From the NCBI GenBank assembly GCA_950097015.1, contig CATNEN010000007.1, positions 10,292,001 through 10,356,000 on the forward strand: a DNA stretch of 64,000 nt, written 5' to 3'. Position 1 is the stretch's first letter. Each line of letters starts with the position of its first letter. The notes under the pieces were generated by a model. It was not told the origin of the DNA and did not search any database. It was given only the letters and a program-made list of their open reading frames with translations. The stretch comes from Macrostomum hystrix (Eukaryota > Animalia > Platyhelminthes). A program made the position numbers and the translations under genes. Below are positions 23,901 to 37,632 of this stretch, in pieces.

Positions 23901-24654
23901 ATTATTTCTTCATTTTTTATTTAGAGCAATTAGATATAATTATATATAATTATCAGATATAATTATCATTCTATCTTCCTATAGTTTGAATGTCATGTCT
24001 TAAAATCTTAATTATCTTGCAGAATTCGATATAATGCTTTCGAAATTTGAGAAATAATTAAAGGTAGCTAGTAATTTTATTATTCAAAGCCTTAAAATAA
24101 TCATACTAAAAGCATAATATATAAGAAAAAGAAAAACATCTCTGTATCTGTTTCTTAAAAAATTGCATTTGTTTTTTGTTTTGTCTTATATTATAAATAT
24201 TCTTTATTATTCAGATTACTATCTAGACGAGTTTTGGTGGAATACTTATGCCATCTTTATAAAATGCTACCATATTTTATGTACTACAAGCAAATAAAAA
24301 CTGTCGTCAAGTTTCTTGTTCAATAAAAAACGTATTTATTTTGACAATTCTGCCAAGTATAACAGCTTGCAATCGGTCCTACAAAATTTAGTTCCATTTC
24401 ACTTAAAGTATTAAATTAAAACCATTTGTTTAATGAGAAATGTCAATAGATTCTATAGATAAGTATAATTACTCATCTTTGTAGGGCTAGTTGTAAGTCA
24501 AATACTAATTTCTCAAAAGTACAGTTTAATTACAATTTATGAGTCTGAAATGAACAAAAGGATTCCAAAGACAAGATAAGTGCTAAAACTGCAATTATTG
24601 AAAACAGAAACCTTAGCAATGCTTATATTTCTAAGCTTGGCATTTAATTTTCAG

Positions 24655-26926
24655 GTCCACTAATCAGATCTACACAAAACACTGCAGGTGCAAGAATGAT
24701 TGAGCTACCCGAGGAGCTGATGCAGCACATGCCGGCTGATGAGGCCCAGGGCGGCTCCAGCATGCACATCCAGCTGGGCAGCAGCAGCGGCGGAGACGAG
24801 GTGATTGAGCTGCCGGCGGAGGTGATTCAGCAGATCCAGGCTCAGGCAGCGGGCGGTCCGATCCAGATCCAGCTGACGACGAGCAACAATGAGACGTTCG
24901 AGCTGTCATCGGAGGTGATTGAGCAGATCCAGGCGCAGGCGGACGGAGGACCGATCCAGATCCAGCTGACTTCGTCGGGAGGGCCGGAGGCGGACGAGAT
25001 GGGCGGCGCAGTGCAGACGTACTCGCAGGAGGCGAGGGGATCGCGGTCGATTCAGCAGGGGAAGAACCAGCTGGTGTACCAGTGCAATTACTGTCCGTCA
25101 GACTTTACGAATGCGGGCGCATTCACGAAGCACCTGCGCGAGCGGCACATGCTGAAGGCGTATGTATGCCGGCAATGCGACAAGTACTTTGCCAACCTGA
25201 GCGACCTGTTCTTGCACGCGCGCCGCATCCACGTGGACGCAAAGAAGCCGAAGCGAAACCCGAAGGACTTTCGCTACCACTGTCGTCAGTGCACGTACAT
25301 GACGAACAACGGAGGCACATTTGATGCCCACCTTCGGTCTCACCGAGGCGAGAAGCCGTTCAAGTGTGACAAGTGTCCGAAGCGGTTCACCCAGCGGTCG
25401 AACATGCTGCAGCACAGGCGCATGCACTTTCCCAACATGGAGAGGGCATTCAAGTGCGAGATTTGCAGCAAGTCTTTCACCACGTTTGACATTCTGGTGG
25501 CCCACTTGCGCACTCGAGAGCACGAGCTGAGAGAGAACTACTCACAGCTGGCCTCGAGTAGCCTTCAGCTGGAGTGCAACGGCTGCTCGGTGACCTTTGA
25601 CAGCATCTACACGCTGAAGAAGCACACGCGGAGCTGCCCGACGGTGCGTAGTCTGCAGGCAAAGTTTCGCTGCGTGTCGTGCAACTGCTACATCAACGAG
25701 CTGGCCGACCTGAAGGCGCACGTGAAGGCTCACTCGAGCATCACGCTGATCTCGTGTCCGATCTGCGGCGAGAAGGGCTTTCCCGGGTTCAACCAGCTGA
25801 ACCACCACATCACGCGGGCTCACGCACTGCGCGTGTCAAAGCGTCACGTGTGCCGCTACTGCATGGCCAGCTTCGAGTCGAAGGAGGAGAAGGAGTTGCA
25901 CAAGGCGACGGTGCACAAGGAGGAGCTGGCGATCCGGGGCTGTCACGACGGTCCGTTCTCGTGCAAGTACCAGAACTGCGATTTCGTGACGAACAGCAAG
26001 CCGGACCTGGTGAAGCACCACGCGGTGCACAGCCAGAACCGCGACCCGGTGAACCACACGCTGATCAAGGCGCCGCCAAAGACGACTCGGAAGCCGAAGA
26101 TGATCAAGACGTTCGAGGAGGCAATGTCAAAGATTCGGCGAGAGCGCGAGGGCTACACGGACGAGGCGGACAACGAGGACAGGTTCAAGAACGGCAAGGC
26201 GGCGGTGATGGAGGGTCCCGACGATGGCGGTCTGGGCATCTCGGCGATGGGCCAGTCGGCGTACGAGGCGCTGAAGCGAGTTCAGGAGACGGAGAGGCGC
26301 CTGAACAAGAAGCCTCGCGGCCGGCCGCGTAAGAATCCGCTGGAGCCGCCATCTGTGCAGCAGGCGGGGCAGAAGACGCCGGGCTCGGGACGGCCCATCG
26401 GGCGGCCGCGGATGGTGCGCACCGGAGCTGGCGGGTCGGGCCAGCAGCGGGTGTTTGAGTACAAGGAGGAGGAGTACATGGCTGGCGAGGGCAACTACGT
26501 GCGGCCGAACCCGGACACGATCTACGAAGAGGTTTGTGACTTTCTGTCGGGCATTTTCAGGTGGTTGGGAATCACAGAGTGAGCTAACTGACACGAAATA
26601 TCTCCCGAATGCGACTGCAGGTGGACAACGCCGAGCTGGTCGAGGACTTCGAGGACGACTACGATCCGCGCACCAGCTACACGAGTTCTGGACGGCGGCG
26701 GAAGCCTCCGGCCTGGCAGAAGGACTACTTCAGCCTCGGCCTTGCCGACTCGGACGAGGAGGCAGCGGCGCTGCGCGAGGAGGAGGAGGAGTACGCCGCC
26801 GAGCTGGAGGACGGCATCAACATCGTCCTGCTGCAGCCCAGCGACCGCGTCATCGGCACCGCCTACCAGCAGGCAGCGTCAGCCTCTGACGGCGGCGCCC
26901 AGGACAACCTCATCGTGGAGGCCTAG
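24655..26926 (+). CDS. C2H2 zinc-finger/AT-hook protein, copy B (inverted duplicate of 5322-7593); exons 24655-26531 and 26621-26926
   Basis: Same protein as copy A except one A/T substitution (VQEAERR versus VQETERR); intron 26532-26620 GTTTGT...GCTAAC...CTGCAG. Confidence 0.9.
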
Positions 26927-27544
26927 CTTGCTGTGAAATGAAGTGAAGGCTGCGATGTACTTTACTCTAGCTGTGCTCTTCTCAGATAGTGTGCTAAATT
27001 GGTTATTTTCCTAACGACTGGCCCCCGATGACTCGACTGGGTCGCTTCTTCGCCGAGTGTTAAGAACTCGTGTTGCCGACAAGTATAGCTTAGTATTTGG
27101 TTTGGTTCAATGTGGCATTGCGAGACTAGTAAAGTATCCTCTATTTGTACTATTATGGCAGATAATATTAAGTAATATTAACCAGTTGCTATGCTACTTT
27201 GGTACGTACTAATACAAAATATATCTTTTTTTATTCGCGCTAATAAAAATGCGCTATTCTTATCCCATTGAGATTTAGTGTTGCGTCTAGTTGCTGACGT
27301 TATATCGCTGTTGATGTAAATATACAAGCTAATTGTTCAGCCAGTGTTTAGAATTTCAGTTGTACGGTTTTTCCTTGGCACATCTGCAGCACACCTGAAC
27401 GGCTCACTTTCTGTATCTTCAGTTTCAAATTCTACTGAAGTTGTATATTCTACTCTTCTGGTAGACAAAAAGTTTATGGTTTGATTGCCTTGATACTTTT
27501 TCACTTTCTTTGATGTTTCAATCTCTCAGGCTGGCTCCAGGTAT

Positions 27545-27830
27545 GTGTGTAGTAGCCCTCATGCCGGTCCAAGACCACTTGGATGGTGAGAGGCGGAGGT
27601 GTTTGCTCCCAAAGTACCGAGTGGGCGAGAACCAGACTGGGAAGCATGTTGACGCTGAGTCCTCTGGAGCTAATAGTGATGTCGTCAGCCTACTAAATTA
27701 TTTTGGAACTAGGCGGTGCAGGCCGCAAATCGCTGAGATAGTAGGCGAACAGGACCAGCGAGAGGACTCCGCCTTGCGGGACGCCTGCACGGAGGATCCT
27801 AGATCTGGAGGTCAAGTCGCGGAAGTCTAG
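27545..27830 (-). pseudogene. Degenerate non-LTR retrotransposon (LINE) reverse transcriptase fragment
   Basis: Minus strand reads RILRAGVPQGGVLSLVLFAYYLSDL...KII**ADDITI: the GVPQG and (Y)ADD motifs with in-frame stops. Confidence 0.8.
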
Positions 27831-28027
27831 CTCGCTAGAGTAATGGTCCAAAGCCGAAAGCAGAAGAGGAAGTTGAGCTTAGCACTTTTCTCGGAAGGGA
27901 AACGATCGATTGGGCCGTTTAGGGTCGGTGCCAGATCTTGGCCACGGCCGACGGCTGAGGGTAGGACCACGAAGGAGACGTGTCTGCCTTCGGCCCCAGA
28001 ATTTAATTGGTGGACCGAGGTCGGTTG

Positions 28028-28107
28028 TCGAGTTGGTCGGTAGTCGAGTTGGTCGGTAGTCGAGTTGGTCGGTAGTCGAGTTGGTCGGTAGTCGAGTTGG
28101 TCGGTAG
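28028..28107. repeat. Short tandem repeat, 16-bp unit, about 5 copies
   Basis: GTCGAGTTGGTCGGTA repeated. Confidence 0.9.
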
Positions 28108-28819
28108 ACGAGAGACTAGCCATTTGATTAATCAGTGGGCAACTGTCCACCTGTGTCGTGAACTGTCCACCTGAACGCACAACAGCCTACTGACAGGTTG
28201 GGGCTAGTAGCAATATAAGCACACTTCAGGTTGCTCGCTAAAAACTCACTTAGTCCTGAGCATTGTTATTGTTTATCTTGGCTCTCGCCACTTCAGTCGC
28301 CCCTAATAAAAGCTACCCTCCTACCCGGGCCACCCTGCCAGCCACAGTCAATCTCGGCAAGAACTCAAGAGAGCAGCAGCAGGAGCAAAGAGCAGAGCCT
28401 GTTATTAGCGAGACGCAGCACTGCCAGCTCGGGTACTGGGCAGAGTCGCCCACCTGGACGAGACCCACCCGACCTGGGCCGCATGCGGGTCTCCAGCCGC
28501 GAGTCTGATTCTGGTCCCCGGCAGGGGGCGGGGCGCGGCCGCAGCTGCCAGGCGGTGCAAAAGAGCAGCCCGGGACCAAGGCGAGACTGATGGCAGAATT
28601 TATTTTCTCATGGCTGCCAGTCCAGGCCGCATAATCAAGTGACTCAATGGCGAGGCTGAGTCCTTATTGAAACTTTCAATTTGCACCTCTGCCTCTGCTA
28701 AGCGGAGCCTCTCAAATCATTTAGAAAGTAACATACTTGCGCTTACCTTCGGCCCGCGGGCTAGATAAGGACAAGAAATCAAACTAATTCAAGACCTGGC
28801 ACCTTCCAGCACCAACTCC

Positions 28820-31205
28820 TCTCTCTCCTGTCTCATCTCTCCCATGTCTCATCTCTCCCATGTCTCATCTCTCCCATGTCTCATCTCTCCCATGTCTCAT
28901 CTCTGCCATGTCTCATCTCTCCCATGTCTCACCTCTCCGATGTCTCATCTCTGCCATGTCTCATCTCTCCCATGTCTCACCTCTCCGATGTTTCACCTCT
29001 CCTGTCTCATCTCCCCATGTCTCATCTCTTCCATGTCTCATCTATCCCATGTCTCACCTCTCTCCTGTCTCATCTCTCCCATGTCTCACCTCTCCCATGT
29101 CTCATCTCTCCCATATCTCATCTCGCCTGTTTCATCTCTCCTGTCCTATCACTCCAGTCTCATCTCTCCCATGTCTTATCTCTCCCATGTCTCATCTCTG
29201 CCATGTCTCATCTCTCCCATGTCTCATCTCTCCCATGTCTCATCTCTCCCATGTCTCACCTCTCCCATGTCTTATCTCTTCCATGTCTCATCTATCCCAT
29301 GTCTCACCTCTCTCCTGTCTCATCTCTCCCATGTCTCACCTCTCCCATGTCTCATCTCTCCCATATCTCATCTCGCCTGTTTCATCTCTCCTGTCCTATC
29401 ACTCCAGTCTCATCTCTCCCATGTCTTATCTCTCCCATGTCTCATCTCTCCCATGTCTCATCTCTCCCATGTCTCGTCTCTCCCATGTCTCATCTCTCCC
29501 ATGTCTCATCTCTCTCCTGTCTCATTTCTCCTCACTAATTTACCCATGTCTCATCTCTCCCATGTCTCATCTTTCCCCTGTCTCATCTCTCTCCTGTGTC
29601 ATCTCTCTTCTGTGTCATCTCTCCCATGTCTCATCTCTCTCCTGTCTTATCTCTCCCATGTCTCATCTCTCCTGACTCATCTCTCCCATGTCTCATCTCT
29701 CCCATGTCTCATCTCTCCTGACTCATCTCTCCCATGTCTCATCTCTCCCATGTCTCATCTCTCTCCTGTCTAATCTCTCCGATGTCTCACCTCTCCTGTC
29801 TTATCTCTTCCATGTCTCATCTTTCCCATGTCTCATCTCTCTTCTGTCTCATTTCTCCTCACTCATTTACCCATGTCTCATCTCTCTTCTGTCTCATTTC
29901 TCCTCACTCATTTACCCATGTCTCATCTCTCCCATGTCTCATCTCTCCCATGTCTCATCTCTCCCATGTCTCATCTCTCTCCTGTCTCATCTCTCCCATG
30001 TCTCATCTCTCCCATGTCTCATCTCTCCTATGTCTCACCTCTCTCCTGTCTCATCTCTCCTGTCTTATCACTCCAGTCTCATCTCTCCCATGTCTCATCT
30101 CTCCCATATCTCATCTCGCCTGTTTCATCTCTCCTGTCTTATCACTCCAGTCTCATCTCTCCCATGTCTCATCTCTCCCATGTCTCATCTCTCCCATGTC
30201 TCATCTCTCCCATGTCTCATCTCTCCCATATCTCATCTCTCCCATGTCTCACCTCTCTCCTGTCTCATCTCTCCTGTCTTATCACTCCAGTCTCATCTCT
30301 CCCATGTCTCATCTCTCCCATATCTCATCTCGCCTGTTTCATCTCTCCTGTCTTATCACTCCAGTCTCATCTCTCCCATGTCTCATCTCTCCCATGTCTC
30401 ATCTCTCCCATGTCTCATCTCTCCCATGTCTCATCTCTCCCATGTCCCACCTCTCCTGGCTCATCTCTCCCATGTCTCACCTCTCTCCTGTCTCATCTCT
30501 CCCATGTCTCACCTCTCCCATGTCTCATCTCTCCCATATCTCATCTCGCCTGTTTCATCACTCCAGTCTCATCTCTCCCATGTCTTATCTCTCGCATGTC
30601 TCATCTCTCCCATCCCTCATCTCTCCCATGTCTCATCTCTCTCCTGTCTAATCTCTCCGATGTCTCACCTCTCCGATGTCTCACCTCTCCGATGTCTCAC
30701 CTCTCCGATGTCTCACCTCTCCTGTCTAATCTCTGCCATGTCTCATCTCTCCCATGTCTCACCTCTCCGATGTTTCACCTCTCCTGTCTCATCTCCCCAT
30801 GTCTCATCTCTCCCATGTCTCACCTCTCCCATGTCTTATCTCTGCCATGTCTCATCTATCCCATGTCTCACCTCTCTCCTGTCTCATCTCTCCCATGTCT
30901 CATCTCTCCCATATCTCATCTCGCCTGTTTCATCTCTCCTGTCTTATCACTCCAGTCTCATCTCTCCCATGTCTTATCTCTCCCATGTCTCATCTCTCCC
31001 ATATCTCATCTCGCCTGTTTCATCTCTCCTGTCCTATCACTCCAGTCTCATCTCTCCCATGTCTTATCTCTCCCATGTCTCATCTCTCCCATGTCTCGTC
31101 TCTCCCATGTCTCATCTCTCCCATGTCTCATCTCTGTCCTGTGTCATCTCTCCCACGTTTCATCTCTTCCATGTCTCATCTCTCCCACGTCTCATCTCTC
31201 CTGTC
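28820..31205. repeat. Large pyrimidine-rich satellite, 16-bp base unit with higher-order blocks
   Basis: CATGTCTCATCTCTCC with many variants over about 2.4 kb. Confidence 0.95.
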
Positions 31206-33030
31206 ATCAGTCTCTCCTTGTTCCGCATGGCACTGATGGTTGCTGACCCCTGGAGCGAGGCTTCTCTCGGTTCGAAGGGATGCGAGATTTCAGAGAGCGA
31301 GTTTTACCGCTTTGAAATCCATTAGACCCTGTAGATTCTGTCCCTAAGGGATTTCAATCTAAGCACCTCATCTCGTCCATTACCATCCGCATAGCAACCG
31401 TAAGCAACTGAGCCACAAAATTGAATGTTTTGACAAGATCACCGAGCAAGCCTTGGGCTGGTTAAGCCTGGTGCTAATTAGCATTATTAATTAGCGAGAG
31501 GCCGGCTTGAATTCCGTGATGAGGTGCTATCTGGGATCTTGGAAGTGTCGGTGGATGAGTCACAGGGAAGCGCGGAGACAATCCGGCGAATCATCGGGGA
31601 GATTCGAATCAGGCAAGCGCCTTGGAGAGACAAGCCAAGATTTCCCCAGATTACAAATCCCCTCAGAGCCTTCCCTGTTGTATTCTGGACAGGGCGGGGC
31701 CAACCGTCTGCATTGAGGAAGCCCTTGAGTTTGTCCTTCCGCTTCCCCTGGAAACTCCCGCAGCTGCTGCAACCGCAGCAGTCATTCTCCCCCGGCCTGG
31801 AATCTCGCTGGGGATTTCCTCCCATTTCTAAGAAACAGAGAGGCGGGCGAGTTGTCAAAAAGTTTCCGGAGCGGCGGGTCGTTGAGCGGGGCCGGGCCGG
31901 GCCAGACTGTCTCAAGTTGATCTCGCACTCACGGCTGTGAGACCCGTCTCTGCTCTGTCTCCAATCCACACCGATCGATTCAGGCGCACCGGTAAACAGA
32001 TAAGGGGAAAACAGGAGAGGGGAAGCAACTAGCAGGGGATCAGATTTGAATTGTGCTCCCCACCCCAACAATGCCACTCGGCTCAGAGGGAGGCCAAACA
32101 ACTTTGTCCCGAACAAGTCGCGCAAACCTTGGAGCAGCTCCGCGGGCAAGTGTGGCCTGGGCCACTTCAGTTGTCTTTCAATCAATCGCGGCTTGCACCT
32201 GCCCGCTGCTCAGCTCGCCAGTCCCTGCACCCGGCAAACAGCTGAGAAGAGAAGTTGAGACGGAGGACTCAGAGCTGAGCTAAGCAAGCCAAGGAGGGCA
32301 AGGGGGCACTCAGCTGATGCAAACAGATAGAAGGACTCAAAGGCTCCCTTTGAGGAGACAAAGGGAGCTTAGGGGCAGGAGAAGAACTGGGAGTTCACAC
32401 TTTCACTAGATCAAGAGACGCAGAGTGCGAATGCTAGATCAGGGGCCCGGGGCTAAAAGTTCCGCCGCGCCTCAGTCTTGCCCTCTTGCCAGCCCAAAGC
32501 AGAGTGCCGAGTCCTGATTGGCTGACACCAGCCAGCCAACCAGCGCTAGCCAGTGCAGGCGGCCAGTTTTATACAGTTGAAAGTTCCCAGGCCTTCTGCA
32601 CGGGGCTCGCGAATCCGGGTTCGCTGTTGACTCCAGACGACTGCAAAACTCTACCAGCGTTGCCACTCATGGCTCATGTAGTCATCTAAAACTGGCGCAG
32701 CAGACACCATGACAGGTGAGCAGATGGAAATATTCCTGTTTTATCTTCCTGGGACTTCTATCCACACACTGTCCCACATGCAGCTAGAAATTCATTCCCT
32801 AAGAAATGAAGCCAAACTCCCAATCGACTGGCCCGAGGCGGTCGTGGACTGGAGCGGGCCGGCTGTGAGTGGCGCGGTCAGCTGTTGTCGCTTCGCTGAG
32901 TGTGTGGGGCAGCCCTGCACTCCAGCCGGACCCACTTAACTGGAACTGGCGAAATGCAGACCTGGCCACGGGAAAATGCCGAAATATTCCCGAAGTTTGT
33001 GAAAACTGGCATTCCTGCGCGCTTGTCTTA

Positions 33031-33828
33031 CCCCAGCCTCATCCTGTGTGTCTGTAGATCCAGTTTCCCCAGCCTCATCCTGTGTGTCTGTAGATCCAGT
33101 TTCCCCAGCCTCATCCTGTGTGTCTGTAGATCCAGTTTCCCCAGCCTCATCCTGTGTGTCTGTAGATCCAGTTTCCCCAGCCTCATCCTGTGTGTCTGTA
33201 GATCCAGTTTCCCCAGCCTCATCCTGTGTGTCTGTAGATCCAGTTTCCCCAGCCTCATCCTGTGTGTCTGTAGATCCAGTTTCCCCAGCCTCATCCTGTG
33301 TGTCTGTAGATCCAGTTTCCCCAGCCTCATCCAGTGTGTCTGTAGATCCAGTTTCCCCAGCCTCATCCTGTGTGTCTGTAGATCCAGTTTCCCCAGCCTC
33401 ATCCTGTGTGTCTGTAGATCCAGTTTCCCCAGCCTCATCCTGTGTGTCTGTAGATCCAGTTTCCCCAGCCTCATCCTGTGTGTCTGTAGATCCAGTTTCC
33501 CCAGCCTCATCCTGTGTGTCTGTAGATCCAGTTTCCCCAGCCTCATCCTGTGTGTCTGTAGATCCAGTTTCCTCAGCCTCATCCAGTGTGTCTGTAGATC
33601 CAGTTTCCCCAGCCTCATCCAGTGTGTCTGTAGATCCAGTTTCCTCAGCCTCATCCTGTGTGTCTGTAGATCCAGTTTCCTCAGCCTCATCCAGTGTGTC
33701 TGTAGATCCAGTTTCCCCAGCCTCATCCAGTGTGTCTGTAGATCCAGTTTCCTCAGCCTCATCCTGTGTGTCTGTAGATCCAGTTTCCTCAGCCTCATCC
33801 AGTGTGTCTGTAGATCCAGTTTCTCAGC
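33031..33828. repeat. Minisatellite, 36-bp unit, about 22 copies
   Basis: CCCCAGCCTCATCCTGTGTGTCTGTAGATCCAGTTT. Confidence 0.95.
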
Positions 33829-35316
33829 TTTTTCTTAAGTCTATTGATCTAGTATCCCAGTTACTATCACCCAGTCACTGGAAGGACCCTGGAACCCACT
33901 GCTACTGGGTCCTTATCTACCTACTGCTTTTGAATTTCCTCTTGGACGCTGTCCAGCCTCTCAAACATCATCCCCAAGCCCAGTTGTTACCATGGGATAA
34001 TTCCCAACAGATGCCCCATCTGCATATTTTACCTTCTTCTATTATATTTTTGCCTGGTCCCATTGATAGCACCCGCCAGTGCGGGATTCCCATTTTGGCT
34101 CCCAAACAAATCCCAGTGGGAATAAAGGAGGCTGATGAAGCAGTTTGAATGGGGTGGACGGCAATAAAGAAGGGGCTGATTTCCGGACTTCTAAAAGGCT
34201 GAGTTTTTAGGGGACCCGCCACACAGAAATCAGAGCGTTTGGGAGAAAATCACTCGGAGGGGACATCAGGAAGGAAGCTGAGAAGAGGCCGAGATTGAGA
34301 AAGCTGAGCGAAGGAAAGAAAGCCAGCAGGGAGGGGGTGGCTGCCCCAGTATCGCAGGGAACGCATTCAGGACAGCTGGGAGCAAAGATTGCGAGGCCCG
34401 CGGGCACAAAGTCATTGTCTGGCGTGTCAGGTGGCTCGGGTCTCACGGGCAGCCCAGGTCGACACGGCCGCCTTCGCTGCTAGCCGATCAAATTCTGCGC
34501 CTGCCCAGCCGATCCGATCCGATTTCCCGAATCTTCGGGGATTCCTACGCGCCCTCAGTCACAAACGGCTTGTTCCCCTGGCGTACAGCAGCCATCTCCC
34601 TACATTTTCCCCTTCCCTTTTCCTATCAGCGCTCGCTCGCAGATCCCCAGCTTAGAGCGGGAGGCGGCGGCAGCCCCCACCGGCCCGGCAGCTCGACTCA
34701 CCCGCGCTCTGTGGCCCGATCGGATTAGCGATACACTGGCGTAGGGAAGACAAGTTTGCAACAAATCCCAACACCGCGCACACACACAGCTCATCAGAAA
34801 GCAGCACTGAAAGATTGTGGCTCAAGCTCAAGCCTACTCAACTCCCAGTGGGCTGCGTTTTTCTCCCCAAGCTGTTCGCGCTTCTCCCCTGATTATTTTC
34901 GGGATCAGAAGGAGAGCTGGGATAAAATTAGGAAGCCTTGTGCGGAGGGAGATTTTGTAATTTTCAGTATTTTTTCAAAGCAGCGGGAGCAGCCGGCCCA
35001 GCTGAGTCACTTGGCTCCGTCAGCTGGGCTGGAGGGGAAATCGGAGACGGAGAGGGAGAAGGGAAGTCCGCCCTGTTTTTGTTCCCATTCATCCGCATAT
35101 TTGGGGCATGATTGGCGGCTGCTGAATTCTAATCAGATCCGATGCAGGTCGGCCTCCCGTTGCGGCTCAAAAACAGCGCAACGGATCTTTGCCGCTTGGG
35201 AAATTCCAGCAGACAAACCAATGGACCCCATTGACCGCGATCTGTTCAATACTTCAGTGAATTGTGCTGTATCACTGTGAGATCCCATATTTCTCACTGA
35301 TACCATTTTCTGACAG

Positions 35317-35650
35317 GTCCCATTTCTCACAGATCCCATTTCTCACAGATCCCATTTCTCACAGATCCCATTTCTCACAGATCCCATTTCTCACAGATCC
35401 CATTTCTCACAGATCCCATTTCTCACAGATCCCATTTCTCACAGATCCCATTTCTCACAGATCCCATTTCTCACAGATCCCATTTCTCACAGATCCCATT
35501 TCTCACAGATCCCATTTCTCACAGATCCCATTTCTCACAGATCCCATTTCTCACAGATCCCATTTCTCACAGATCCCATTTCTCACAGATCCCATTTCTC
35601 ACAGATCCCATTTCTCACAGATCCCATTTCTCACAGATCCCATTTCTCAC
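35317..35650. repeat. Minisatellite, 16-bp unit, about 21 nearly perfect copies
   Basis: CAGATCCCATTTCTCA. Confidence 0.95.
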
Positions 35651-36071
35651 GGATTCTGATCCTGTTTCTCTCTCCCCCAGCTCCCCCGGCCCGCGTGAAT
35701 CACTGTATGGCCCGCAGTTTGTGGGAAATGCAAAAGCATTGATGCCGACAGGCGCAGCGGAGTTGGAACCAGAGAGGCCGGGAAAACGCTGAGCAGATGA
35801 TGGGGACGGGCGGCCAAAGCTGTGAGGATGAGGCCTGACAGTTCCCGATTGTTCCCTCTACTCAAGTTGCTCCAGCCTCTCTGCCTCATCCGTAGGCACT
35901 CATCTCCCCACTCAGGCTCCATCAGAAACTGTGCGGACAGGCCGCATTGTTCCGCGGGCCCCGACCAACTCTCAGCTTTTTTACTGAATTCCCACATTTT
36001 CCCACATTTCCCAGTCACTAAAATCCCAAAGTGGGATCTGGCGGCAAAATCCCGCTGGCCATTTCTCCGCT

Positions 36072-36102
<31 letters not shown>

Positions 36103-36331
36103 CTGGCGCTGGCGAAGTGGCGGGCGGGCGGGCGGGATTCTGCGGCTCCCCGCGGCGCCCCAGCAGCAACACGCGAGGCCTAGCGGAGCCGGGCGCTCAT
36201 TAGCTATCCCGCCCGCACCTGGGCAATGAGGAGGGGCCACTTTTTGCTGTCTTTGTTTCCCATCCGCTCCAGATATCACCGAGGTCCGGGTCCGTGTCCG
36301 GATCCGCAGTCTCCACTGGTCTAATAAAAAA

Positions 36332-36818
36332 CTCATATCATCCTCATGTCTCACGCATCCTCTCACCTTCCTTCTCACCTTCTCATATCATCCTCATGTC
36401 TCACGCATCCTCTCACCTTCCTTCTCACCTTCTCATATCATCCTCATGTCTCACGCATCCTCTCACCTTCCTTCTCACCTTCTCATATCATCCTCATGTC
36501 TCACGCATCCTCTCACCTTCCTTCTCACCTTCTCATATCATCCTCATGTCTCATGTGTCCTCTCACCTTCCTTCTCACCTTCTCATATCATCCTCATGTC
36601 TCACGCATCCTCTCACCTTCCTTCTCACCTTCTCATATCATCCTCATGTCTCACGTGTCCTCTCACCTTCCCTCTCACCTTCTCATATCATCCTCATGTC
36701 TCACGCATCCTCTCACCTTCCTTCTCACCTTCTCATATCATCCTCATGTCTCACGTGTCCTCTCACCTTCCCTCTCACCTTCTCATATCATCCTCATGTC
36801 TCACGCATCCTCTCACCT
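36332..36818. repeat. Minisatellite, 50-bp unit, about 10 copies
   Basis: CTCATATCATCCTCATGTCTCACGCATCCTCTCACCTTCCTTCTCACCTT. Confidence 0.95.
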
Positions 36819-37377
36819 TTGCTTGAACTCCCGGTGACCACTAGAAAATAAGGTAAAAATAAGCACAGAAATTCACAGGCGGCAGTCGGTCCCGGGCCCG
36901 CCAGTTGAGTTTTACAGCCCCCGACCGGCCTGCCCCGCTTTCTCCGACAACAGTCAGAAATGCGATTTGGAAAAACGAAATTAATTTAGCGCTGCCAGCC
37001 TCCATTTACAATGGCATTGCGTGCGAAATGCCTCACGCAATACTGAAACTGTGTGTGTGTGCGTGAGTTCAGAAAGGGGCACCTACCTACCTACCTATGA
37101 CCCCAGTGCCGACTTACAGGGACCATTCGCATATTTTCCGCTATTGCCGGTGCTAACAATGGGCATAAAATGGCGGCCCATCTGAGTCATGAGTCTCATA
37201 GAATCAAAGCCAGACTCAAAGTGAAGTGTTATTATCAACAACAAAAGGACAGGGCGAAGAGCAGCGGCGCCAGCGCTTAATTAATGAATTAAAATGCATA
37301 ATGCATGACGCCTTAGACAATTGGCTTATGGTTTGGTAGCCATCAAGCCTGGATGCTTTTGAAACACTCTTCACTCT

Positions 37378-37548
37378 CTGACAGACTCTTAAAGGATCTG
37401 ACAGACTCCCACAGAATCTGACAGACTCCCACAGAATCTGACAGACTCCCACAGAATCTGACAGACTCCCACAGAATCTGACAGACTCCCACAGAATCTG
37501 ACAGACTCCCACAGAATCTGACAGACTCTCACAGGATCTGACAGACTC
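37378..37548. repeat. Minisatellite, 20-bp unit, about 8 copies
   Basis: CTGACAGACTCCCACAGAAT. Confidence 0.95.
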
Positions 37549-37632
37549 AGGCAGACTAAGGCAGGGCAAAGGCATGTCTGGCCCTGCTGTGTTGCACTTT
37601 TAAAGCCAGGCCCACCAACCCCGCCTTCGCAG

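Noticed and set aside
28844-31325. Long SHLSHVSSLPCLISPM ORFs
   Set aside because: Translation of a 16-bp satellite in all frames; no coding signal
31487-32330. 232-aa and overlapping ORFs
   Set aside because: No motifs, no ATG-supported or splice-supported model
33031-33828. 36-bp repeat array as a CRISPR candidate
   Set aside because: Head-to-tail units with no unique spacers, no cas genes, eukaryotic context; the same applies to the other arrays
34432-34712. Similar peptides ARVSRAA...AASRS on opposite strands
   Set aside because: Weak nucleotide similarity; explained by Ala/Arg/Ser bias of GC-rich DNA
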